Part shown: piece by piece, positions 1 to 10,804 of the stretch | Position numbering within the stretch: the first letter of the stretch is position 1 | How the letters are laid out: each line of letters starts with the position of its first letter | Source: Dimorphilus gyrociliatus | Lineage: Eukaryota > Animalia > Annelida | Assembly: GCA_904063045.1 (NCBI GenBank) | Contig: CAJFCJ010000017.1 | Location: 372,001 to 436,000, forward strand | DNA length: 64,000 nucleotides | Direction of reading: 5' to 3' | The notes under the pieces: generated by a model | What the model saw: only the letters and a program-made list of their open reading frames with translations | What the model was told of the DNA's origin: nothing | Databases searched by the model: none | Made by a program: the position numbers and the translations under genes

Positions 1-314
1 GACACCGAAAATCGAAACATGGTATTAGCGTTAGCACGGAAGAAGAGAAGGAGGCGGCTAAGATACTTAATTCAATGTCTCGTCAAGTGATCGAAGTAGA
101 CGATTCCTCTTCGCCGAAGCATAAACGCAAATCTGTACCTCATCGATTACTCTTGAGCGATCAATCCAAGAGGAAAATAGTAATGGAAGAGGGTGATAAT
201 AAAGGGGTAATTGAAGATGAGGTCAAAAAAGGAGAAGAGGAAGAGGAAGGGGAATTAGAAGAAACAGGTGAAGAAGATTATTACGAAGAGGAAGGAGACG
301 AAGGGAACAGGTGA
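1..314 (+). CDS. 3' end of a gene entering from the left; acidic C-terminal tail, possibly following a C2H2 zinc finger
   Basis: The frame is open from position 3 (HRKSKHGISVSTEEEKEAAKILNSMSRQVIEV...EEEGDEGNR*) to TGA 312-314. HRKSKH resembles the His..His end of a C2H2 finger; this is inference from a fragment. Confidence 0.55.
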   Translation, partial: HRKSKHGISVSTEEEKEAAKILNSMSRQVIEVDDSSSPKHKRKSVPHRLLLSDQSKRKIVMEEGDNKGVIEDEVKKGEEEEEGELEETGEEDYYEEEGDEGNR

Positions 315-1860
315 CGCGGTAAAATTCAATGGGTGTATTGTATTTAAACAATATTCGTTAATGCATAGACACAAAACGGCTAATGTATTATAGATTAATG
401 AGTCGTCTTTCTTTATCTTATATACAGTAGCCGCTGCTATAAACCTAACCGATACTTACGCGTAATTTTGAATAGATGCGACGAGGAGGCGGAATCAATA
501 TGAGAAGACAGTGATTCCTTTGTCGACACCGACAACAAAATCACTAGTCTTCCACACCGATAGCCGCCAGAAATTTGTTTAATCAACTTCGCTTTTTTTA
601 TTCTCGATGTTCGCGACGCCACTGCCACCGCCTTTTGCACTCACTGAAAAGAAAATTAGAGAAAAAAAAAGAAAAAAAAAAAAAACATCGTTAAAATTAA
701 TAAAACGCATTATTCGAATGTACACACCTATGATGTAAATAGTTTACACAGACCTCGTATATAAACTAGAGGTGTATCTATATAATCCATACATACATAC
801 ATACATATATGTATACAAGTCAATATACATTATATATATTAAGGTATATATACAATCTATAGATATATACAGTATATACTGCAGATATATATTTATGATA
901 GATCTGCAGTATGTGTACAAATGCACAGAACAGGTGAAACGCGAACGCACTAAGCAGACGCTTAAAAAGGTGCCGCGTATAATAGAAATTGAAGAAGCCG
1001 TCAAAAAAAGAAACGACATTCGACGCCCGTTCAAACGTCGGTTGGAAAACGGTGTGAAATAGGCCTAATGAGGCATCGGTTATTAGTTCAATTTGTACAC
1101 GTTCGCGACTCCACCCCATTCACTTTCATAAGAAACGACTGCGTATAATCAAAGTCTTTGTAACCTCACTTCTATTATGTTCTACACATTCGGAAACGGC
1201 TTCCGAGTCGGGCGTCTAGAACTAATTAGCGTCTTGCATATACATGTGCGTGTATGTACTCGTTGTATAGACGGTAAACGGACGAAGAACAATTAAAACG
1301 CGTACACGTTCTAGGTAAATATTAGCAAGCAGAATCGATCGCTGCAGAACGAACTAAGCGCTTTGAGCCTCAGTCGACTGCAAAACCGCAATTGGCTCGT
1401 TTCGCATCGAACGTGTTTGATGCGCGTATAGCAGTTCTCCCCGATATAACTGATAATCGGTCGATGGGCGTCGAAAGGCGTCGAGTAGCACTCGACGTCT
1501 ACTGAACCTATTTATACATACGCTTTATGATTATTAATGTACGAAGGGCTTAGAGTATGCATACATGCATAAATTAATGTATAGACAAGCATATTTAATA
1601 TGTATAGGTAGTTATACACGTATAAATAAATTTATGCCTATTCCTACAGCATATATGAATAGAAAATATCCTACCTATTAAATATAAATGTAGTTATATA
1701 AATACTTACGAATAGAGACATCAAGCTGGAAAAATTAGACATATGCGACGCCTTAGATAGCAATATATTTATTATATATCTATATTTCTGCCGACTTAAT
1801 ATTAATTCTGATTCTATCTAGACACAAAAACATCTCTCTCAAACACACTATACAAACCTT

Positions 1861-1868
1861 TACATATA

Positions 1869-1899
<31 letters not shown>

Positions 1900-1977
1900 A
1901 TATATATGCAGTATACACATATATAGATATAGATATTCATACATAATATGTTTATATATATATATATATATATATCA
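1861..1977. repeat. (TA)n-rich microsatellite tract
   Basis: Interrupted tatatata runs visible directly. Similar tracts occur at ~770-900, 31990-32030, 35080-35200 and 59935-59960. Confidence 0.9.
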
Positions 1978-3446
1978 TATACTTACTCTAAGTTTCTTGG
2001 CGCGAATCTAAGTGGCTTATTGACAGCCTCGTGACATTTCTAGCAGTCAAGCTTTTCTCTTTATATAGCGTAACGAGCAAAATAGGCGACAACTGCAGTA
2101 GAACTGCAACATGTAGACAAAAAGCTGACATTTGTCGCAGACCGTCAAGTGGCAGCGTCAAACTTTGATGAGCATACGAGCGTTCAATAATTGATCAGTG
2201 ACGCTACACGACCACAAAAGCGTCGATATCGAACACAAACTAAAAAAGAAAAAAAGGCCTATTGAAAAATTTTATAAAAACGAAAGAAAAAAGGGCGTCG
2301 TTCCTGTCTACAACATGTAGTCTAAACGAGCTGGAACGTAAGGATTCGTCGTCACGAAGCGTTACTCGATACTCACCTTTTCCTGTCTGCGTCGTTTGCG
2401 CATGGCTGTCGCCCCGTACACGTATACGCTCGACGCCGGCGTCGCCGCCGTTTTATACGGTGCTTTGTACAGAGGGCGTTACTTTTTTTTTATATCGACG
2501 TCTTCTATGCATAAATCGTGTCTTTTGAACAAGATTTTTTTCGCCCATTATATACCTGTATATCTAACTCTTTCGTGACTCGGGTAAAACATTCTAAAGT
2601 TTCTATTTATATTTCTTTTAAACAAAACAGAGGAAAGTCAGAGGGCTTGTTGAAAAAACAATGTAAGGGAGACGTGGCGGTAGGTAGCGTCGAATATCAC
2701 CTGCGCGTGGAGGCGAGCAAAGGCGTGCGTGTAGCATTAACGCCGGAGGACAGAATCGATGGATCGATGTAGACGCTTTTTCGTCAAAATGCGTTTATTT
2801 TTAATACGACTGCGTATACGGTATACTACGTAATCCCTCAAAAAGCCGGTTTTTTCTTTGCAATCAGTCTAAAAGCTAGGCGGCTTAAAGACGTCATATT
2901 CTAGGCGTCTCACCTGCTCGCGAAAAACACGCGCGTAACTGAACGCCCATTGTTTGTTTGTAGCTATAGAAACGTATGCTTTAATCATTAATACAGCAGT
3001 TCGTGGTTTTGAAGACGACCGCCGGAAGTGATTAGACGCCTGGCTCCTATGCAAAGCGTGACCGTAAAAGGCGGACGTCTGCGGGAGGGAATAGAAAGGG
3101 AGAGGAAGAAATCGGCTTCCCTTTAAAGGAAGGAAACTGTTGCTATCAAAACGTCGCTAAAAGCAACGCCGGAAGTTTACTAATTCCCGCGCCACGTGTA
3201 TACTTGTCGCTAAGCTAATAGCGTCGTCCCGTCTATATCGCTATTGTTTGTCAATTATTTACGGAACAGAGGGCGCACGTCTCTCCCCCCAACATTTAAT
3301 TAACTTATTCCTTCGAACGCACTTAGTCAAATTCTATAATTAATATTGCAGCCATCTAGTGTTAAATGTACGTAAAGCTAATCGCTTATTTTATTATCAT
3401 CTCAACTGCAACCTAAAATCAACTGATAGAAAATATAACGATAGAT

Positions 3447-5811
3447 TTAGGTAAATGTAAGTCCAGCTTCATTATAAACTTTGAAGATCTTCTCAATAGA
3501 AGAAATATAAGCAGCAGTACGCAAATCCAATCCAAGATTATAGCGCATTGCTGTTTTCATAATGGCTCTTGCAGACCTCTCCATAGTGTAAGCAAGTCCA
3601 GAGTGGACGATATCTTTTTCACTTGCGCCAGAAATGGCTTTCTCGAATTCCTCGCTTGGGGTGATTGGAATTCTTTCACCGCTTCTTCCGAATTTTCTCT
3701 CCAAGCTCTGTTGAACAGAAGCCAACAAATGGTAGTTACTGTCTCTTTCATATTTGAATGTCAGACGACCAAAGCTGACATGGTTTAGGTTCTTCAACCA
3801 TTCAAAATAGGAGACTGTAACACCACCAGCGTTAACGTACATATCAGGAATAACTAAAATATCCCGATCTCTCAAAATTTTGTCGGCTCCAATGGTGGTA
3901 GGTCCATTAGCACCCTCTGCAATGATCTTAGCTTGAATCCTGTGCGCATTATCTTCGTTTATAACCTTTTCGACGGCGGCAGGAACAAATATGTCGCATT
4001 TTTCAAACATAAGGTTCTCCCCTTCGTATGGCTGAGCTCCAGGGAAGCCCTGGATAGTTCTATTTTCGATAACGTAATCTTCTAGTTCTCTCGGGTCAAT
4101 ACCTGTTGGGTTAATAATCGAACCATCTCTTTCGATTATTCCAACACAACGAGCGCCAGAACGATGCAAATAACGCATTGTGTGCAAACCGACATTACCA
4201 AAACCTTGAATGATGAAGGTCTTGTCTTTAAATCCAGGTGGGATACCAATCATTGACATATAGGAAGCTTCTTGAATGAAGTTCTCAATTCCATGGAAGA
4301 TACCCTAAATGATTTATAGGAAAATTAATAGAAACATCAAAAAAAGGAAGTATTGGTTTTTTTTTGCGGTTAGTTGAAACAGAAATAAAAACGAAATCGA
4401 CAAATAATAAGGAAAAGCTCTAGAGAAATTAATGCACACCCTTCCAGTAGCTGAAATCCTGCCATGAATTCCACCCTGGGAAATGGGTTTTCCTGTTACA
4501 CAGGCAGCTGCGCTGATATCGTTCCAACCTAATGAATAAAAAAAGAATAGGAAAAAAGTGTGAGATACAGATATCATAAAGTGAGCTTTTAAAAGAGAAT
4601 ATTAAAATAAACTAGCTATTTAAACTATAATGAAAACGATAATGCAATAAGAAGAATAGCAATAGCTTGTGTTACGCTGACAACAACTTTTCACCACGTT
4701 ATAGCTGGTAAACTTACTCGACCGGTTGCCGATATTCGCCCATGAATACCTCCATGAGAAATAGGTTTACCCGTAACACAACCATAGGAATTTAAGTCGT
4801 AATGACCTGGTATTTAATGATTTAAAATGTTCTAATTTCATTTTTTAATCTAAACAAACATCAAGCTTATGCTACGACATGAATGCTAAGAATAGTTACT
4901 GTCAGAGCTCAAACGGTACCTAATGTTTGGCTGTATGTGTCCGCAATCCAGCTCATCTCACGTTCGCCAGTTCCCATATCTGGAGCGGGAACATCAATAC
5001 CAGGTCCGATAAAGCCTTTTTTTGCCAGTTCAACGGTAAATCTAGAATAAAAGAATAAAATGTAGATTATTCTCAAGAGCTTTTAATATGATTGATGAAG
5101 GTCATTTTACCTTCTAGTAATTTTTTCTAATTCAGAAATACTGAAATTACGAGGATTAATTTTCAAACCAGCCTTAGCTCCTCCAAAAGGTACGTCGACG
5201 CATGCACATTTGTATGTCATAAGTGAGGCTAAAGCCTTCACTTCATCTATATTTACATCGTCGCTATATCGGATACCTATTGATAACAAAATAGTATTCT
5301 TAATTTAGTTAGATAAAAAAAAACGGATAAAGTCAGACTCTTAAAACGGAAATTAAATTTGACACGTGATTTAAAGAACAATAGAACCATAATTTCTTTC
5401 TTTACATATGTATAGTATATAAATATAAAAACCTCCTTTGCAAGGTGTCCTATGTTGGCTGTGTTGCGCTCTCCAACCTTGGATAATTTCGAATTCTCCA
5501 TTATCTCTCTTAATGGGAAACGTAATTGATACAACGTGATTGCAGGGCTTAATCATTTTTAGGATTCCTCGCACTCTCTTTCTCTTTTCGTCCTCCGAAA
5601 TTCTCTCCCTTAAGTCTTCGACCAACTTGTCCTCCATTAAGGATGCGGCCTTGTCAAAGAACATTTCGACCATTTCGAAAAAATTAGGATCATCTCTTGC
5701 ATCTGTTGAGTTGTTAGCTTTCTGCGTGATCCCCAAAGAGGATGTTCGTAGTAAACTGAAGCCATTTTGGTTTGCAGTCCTCGATATACTTTTAAAGGCA
5801 GAACGAAGCAT
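3447..5811 (-). CDS. GLUD1: Mitochondrial glutamate dehydrogenase (animal type with antenna), 537 aa, with mutually exclusive exons
   Basis: Exons 5811-5433, 5276-5111, 5041-4920, [4806-4718 OR 4528-4440], 4304-3447; all GT-AG and the phases add up (1614 nt). Motifs [62 protein letters not shown], antenna region, C-terminal LTFT. Confidence 0.97.
4440..4528 (-). CDS. GLUD1: GDH alternative exon B ([30 protein letters not shown])
   Basis: 89 nt, pyrimidine-rich acceptor ttag at 4529-4532, donor gtgtgc at 4439, same phases as exon A. Confidence 0.9.
4718..4806 (-). CDS. GLUD1: GDH alternative exon A ([30 protein letters not shown])
   Basis: 89 nt, acceptor ccag at 4807-4810, donor gtaagt at 4717, phase 1 to 0. 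Confidence 0.9.
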
Positions 5812-6037
5812 TTTTGCTGTCTCTGAAATGAAATGATCTAATGTAAGCTAAGTGTTTGATATGCTGATAACTACTTACCAATGTGTGTTTCAACGCAAAA
5901 AGGACCTGACAAGAAGCTCGTAGTACGACCTTGAGGTGTGTCGACACGTGACTATTTTCAACCAATTAAAATATGAGCCAATAGCCGACCGTATAACAGT
6001 TGTTATCTATTTCCGCTTAATATCGCTAGGTCAAGGG
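5812..6037. promoter_or_regulatory. Bidirectional promoter region GDH / ATP synthase f
   Basis: 226 bp between divergent ATGs of two mitochondrial-protein genes; E-box GACACGTGAC at 5943-5952. Confidence 0.65.
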
Positions 6038-6626
6038 ATGCCGTTAGGAATAGGCGAATATCAACCGGGTTATAACCCAAAAATTCATGGCGCTTACGAT
6101 CCTGGTCGCTATTACGGCAAAGGTATGTCTTTCTTTCCAAGTGCACATTATAATCACTGTACCACAAAGAAATGGCGGTTTGACCGTATGACCCTCCGAT
6201 TTTTAACTGGGTACTTTTATTTCGAGGACATTTACAGTATCAATATTTTACTACAGCCGACCCAATATCGAACGTCAAACTAGGAGAACTCTCTAACTGG
6301 ATGGGCAGACGTGAAGTTTCACCACTTGGAGCATGGAGAGTTGTTCAAAGAGGTAAATTTATTGCACTTGTTAGATATAATATCAGCATAGATATTCAAA
6401 GGTTGGCACCGTTGGATGAATAACTGGATGCATGTTAAAAGACCCACTACAGCTCCCCTGATTCAAGCAGCGATGGCTGGATCATTGATATTTTATCTAT
6501 CCATGTACCATCCATTTACCAGTAAGTTATATCAAAAAGATAATAGTTCCCCTTCCCCCCTTCCCCAGATAATAATGTTATAACTATCCTTTTTCAGAGT
6601 ATCACAAACACTGCAAGTACCACTGA
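6038..6626 (+). CDS. ATP5MF: ATP synthase subunit f, mitochondrial (109 aa)
   Basis: Exons 6038-6122, 6257-6352, 6402-6521, 6598-6626 (330 nt): MPLGIGEYQPGYNPKIHGAYDPGRYYGKADPISNVKLGELSNWMGRR...WHRW...KYHKHCKYH*, the invertebrate subunit f pattern. Confidence 0.93.
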
Positions 6627-6793
6627 ATTGTTTGAAGTGATAAATGCGATTAATATATAAGAAAGATGACGAGTAGCGAATAAATATTTGCAAATAAACA
6701 TTAATGTTTGAAACGAAATTCTGAGTTTATTGTTCACATCAGATAGAAGTAGAAAAAAGGCAAGATATATAGTTAGAGAATCAGTTTTTTTTA

Positions 6794-9700
6794 CTAGACT
6801 TGATTAATTGTCTTTTGTGAATCATTCCCGTCAGCCTGATTTTGTTCCTGAAAAAGCAGATAGATAATAATAATTAGCATAATTCGTGAAATTTGTAAAC
6901 TGATACATACACTTTTTTGCATTGAGTTGTTCACCTGACCATTTTCCTAAGAGAGAAATGGAAGATTATTATTAATTGAATAAGTTAATAATATTATTGG
7001 GATAAAGAAAAATGACATTTACTGAATTAAACAAAAAAATATGTAGGTGTCTATTAGCAAATTGAATTTAAAAGGGGAATGAGTATAACTTAAAGTGTTG
7101 TGAAGAAAACAGTCCAAATAAAAGTCATAAGCAAGAGTCTCTGTGCACACAACTCATACCTTCTTTTTGCTTGATACAGTAGTTGTTTTGAAAACTGTGC
7201 GTGCAGTTTTCTCAATTTTTTTCTTACTACTAACAGTATATGTTCTATTAACAGTACTTGTCACCATGTTAGTAACAGATTTTGTAACACTTTCCGTTTT
7301 AAACTTCTGCAATTTCAAACGGTAGGGAGAGAGTAGAGAGATAGAGAAAAAATATATTCTTTTTAAATATTTGTAATAAGTTTTTCTGATGTTTTTATAG
7401 CCAGCACAGTATTTTAAAAAGACTTGACTATATATTCATAATTATCTTTCTAAAGCTTACCTCAGTTTGACTCCCTAAAAATGGCAAAAAAAAAAAACAT
7501 TATATTAATTTGTTTACTTGGATATGAATTTAATTACCTGTTCTATCGACATCGACACTTCTAACATTAGTATCACCTGTTCGCATAGAAAAAGTTCTTA
7601 AGTAAATGTGTTGGGAAAATGATATTGAATATTGCTTTTGTTAAAAGGTTCTAAGGAGAATTATTTTTAGAAGAAAAACTATCAGAAATCGCTAAACTAA
7701 TATAATTAGAAAGCACGGCTTTAAATGATTTCGTTTGGCGTACCATTATTTAACTGTAATTCATTTGAGCTAAAAGAATTAGGATTTTGGTCCTCTCTGA
7801 CTTGCTGCTGATTGATTGCATCATTTCTATTTCCAATGTCTATTTCTGCCTTATCAAAGTTAGAATTTTTTGCCACCAGTTCTGAATTGTCATTTTGCCT
7901 TTCATCAACGATTAGAGATTGTAAATTTTCGTTAGTTTGTGACTGACTATTGTCTTGCAAAGAAGATTGCTGAGAATTTGATGCGTCGTCTTGAGTTTTC
8001 TCCTCAGCGATTAGGATATTGTTATTCTGATTATCTTTGTCACTTACTATTGTGTTATCCTGTAAGGTGCCATCTGGTGAATTTTGATGTACATTGTTAT
8101 TATAAGATGAATCTTGAGAGTTTAACTGTGAATTTTTCAATGGATTAGCCTCAGCATTGGTATTATCTGGAGCTGCTTGTAACCCAGCTTGATTATTGGT
8201 ATCAATGGGGTCTGAATTCGGGTTAACTTGCTGAAGGTTGACTTCATTATTGTTCATATTATCATTATTCAAATGTGAAGCACCTGAATCATTTACTTGT
8301 AAGATCGTTGGGTGATTTTGTTCAGAGTTTGCTCTTTTAAATTGTAGAGAATCTCCGTTGGCCTGGTTATTGTTATGGACATCCACTGGATTCAATTCTT
8401 GATTATTATTAATAGTATCTGCTTGATTCAACCCTTGGTTATTGTTATTGGCATTTTCTTGATTCAAACCTTGGTTATTGTTATTGGCATCCGCCAGATT
8501 CAATCCTTGGTTATTATTAATATTATCTACTTGATTCAATCCTGGATTATTATTAACATTACCCGCCGGATTCAACCCTTGGTTATTGTTATTGACATCC
8601 ACTGGATTCAATCCTTGATTATTATTAATAGTATCTGCTTGATTCAACCCTTGATTATTGTTATTGACATCCACCGGATTCAATCCTTGACCATTATTAA
8701 TAGTATCTGCTTGATTTAATCCTTGGTTATTGTTATTAGCAGTTGCTAGATTCAAACCTTGGTTATTGTTGTTAGTATCCACTGGATTCAATCCTTGATT
8801 ATTATTATTGTTATCATTACCCACCGGATTCAATCCTTGGTTATTGTTATTAACATCCACCGGATTCAATCCTTGACCATTATTAATAGTATCTGCTTGA
8901 TTTAATCCTTGGTTATTGTTATTAACGTTTGCTAGATTCACACCTTGGTTATTGTTATTAGCATCCATTAGATTCAATCCTTGATTATTATTATTATTAA
9001 CATCCACTGGATTCAATCCTTGGTTGTTATTCTGACTGTTTTCAAGCGTTTTTTCCTGATAATTTTGTGATACGGCAGGTGAGTTATTAATAATTTGTTG
9101 ATTGCCAATTGAATTGTCACTTTGTCCCATTAAGTTGGAATCAATTTGGTTTGAATTATCTAAGTTCAAAGGGAGATCGAACAAAGTGATTGGTACAGAA
9201 TATATTATAATCAGTTGGAAAAACCTTAATGGGAGATAATAAACTAATTGAGGGTATCTTTAGTACAAAATTTTTAATTTAAATTATTAATTAATACTAT
9301 AGGTAAATCTTTTAATGAGGATAAGGTTTTCTATTTGAGTATAAGTGTAATACTGTAAATATCTTACTTGTTATTTGAGAATTCGGTGCTTCGCTATTTG
9401 TTTGTGGAGATTGATTTAAGGTATCAGTTTGTTGATTATTATTTGAAATGGGGGATTCATCTTTGGACTGGAAAAGTATTATTTTTAAAAAATTCCTAAG
9501 AAAGAGAAGCTAAACGCAAATTTGAGAGAAAGCTCACTATTTGTTTTTGAGCAGTTGAGTCTTGAGCAATGTTCCTCGTATTAGTTGTTGATGAAGGTAA
9601 CTGATCTATAATATCAGCCTTTGAATTGGCATTGTCGTCTCTAAAAAGAATTTCAATAAAATTACGTTTAAATATAGAAAATGTAATTGTATATACTGAT

Positions 9701-10518
9701 TTGGAATAGAGCTTGGAGGTGGTGGAAGATCAGCGACAATGGAATCGATATCTAATCCAGAAGTCTTCAATTTTTCAATTGCAATACCTCCAAATAAATT
9801 TTGAACGGCTGTTAAAACTTTAAGTTTCTCAGAGTTTACTTCGGAATCGCTGAGGAAATATTTTTATTGAATATAGAATACATTCTTTATTACAAGTATA
9901 GCCATGTGGTTTTTTATTGATATTTTAGTAATTATTTTATATATCTCATAAATCTACACACCATGTTTTAGCCTCAGTCATTTCTACCGATTTCCTTAAA
10001 TCATCTAACTCTTTGGACGTTGAGGCGCATTTTGCCTGCATAAAAGAAAATGTGTTACACAAACAGTTGTTTTCTATTTTTTAGATTTCTTTCAAAAGAA
10101 ATGACCTTTTTCAATACCACTACTTTTTTTTGTTAACTATAATACTGATTTTATAATATCTTACCATATCTTGTTCATAATCATTCTTCTTCTTCTCCAA
10201 TTCTGACTCTTGTTCTTCAATACGAACGCTTAATTTCTTCATCTCAGCAGTTTTTAATTCTTGTTCCGTTTCTAATTTGGACTTCTCCTGCTTAGCTGTC
10301 TCTCTTTCTTCTTGCAGTTGCTTCATGATATCTTCATTTTTTCTTCGATTATCTCTTGTTGAGTCTTCAAACTTTCTTACTAACTCAACATTTCTATGTG
10401 AAAGAGAATAATAGTTTAAGCCAAGTATCATAACCAACAAAACAAGGCCGATTATTATGAAATTTTGCATTTTTCCGGATTGATATGACCTCATTCCGCT
10501 TCTATTATTCTGTTTCAT
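6794..10518 (-). CDS. Type II Golgi membrane coiled-coil protein (GOLM1/CASC4/GOLIM4-like) with Asn/Gln-rich repeat domain
   Basis: Short basic N-tail, one TM (FIIIGLVLLVMILGLNYYSL), then coiled coil in exon 10518-10165. Several small exons splice in frame to the large exon starting at 9159, then exons 7576-7538, 7474-7461, ~7309-7160, ~6946-6911 and the last exon with TAG at 6796-6794. The family call rests on architecture only. Confidence 0.7.
8364..9031 (-). repeat. Coding minisatellite, about 18 units of ~36-42 bp encoding NNN(N)QGLNx(V/A)Dx
   Basis: Repeated ggattcaatccttggttattgtt blocks on +. Units QGLNQADTINNG-QGLNPVDVNNNN recur as a higher-order dimer. Confidence 0.95.
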
Positions 10519-10804
10519 AATATGAATATCACTTTAATAGCTTTAAATGGTTTAATCTCTTAATAAAGTTCCCTTAATTGTTGACGTTGACAATTGGGTG
10601 TCGACGTCCTGGCAGTTGAATAGGATACGAAAGCCTTTCAACGATAAGGACCACTCTATGGAAGAAATTGTAGCACAATTAAAAATAATAATTTAATTTT
10701 TAAGAAATGAAAATGTTGTTCAGAAGATAAATAGTGATAAATGTAGAATTCGAAAATAAAAGGTAAATTTTTAAAGAAATACAATAGTCACGTGACAGTA
10801 TATC
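10519..10804. promoter_or_regulatory. Bidirectional promoter region Golgi protein / ubiquilin
   Basis: 286 bp between divergent ATGs; perfect palindromic GTCACGTGAC at 10787-10796. Confidence 0.65.

Noticed and set aside
744-1119. Three overlapping ~96-99 aa Tyr/Ile-rich ORFs
   Set aside because: They are produced by (TA)n/(CATA)n low-complexity sequence and show no protein-like features.
2163-2173. CTTTGATGAGC, matching the 3' end of miR-2
   Set aside because: The seed is absent and there is no pre-miRNA stem.
6360-6371. TATTGCACTTGT, identical to the first 12 nt of miR-92
   Set aside because: The match stops at 12 nt, it lies in a 49-nt intron of ATP5MF and I see no hairpin; chance.
8375-8719. 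Plus-strand 114-aa Ile-rich ORF, and the CRISPR-like look of the repeat array
   Set aside because: It is the antisense shadow of the Asn-rich coding repeat. The units are contiguous codon repeats without unique spacers, in a eukaryotic gene.
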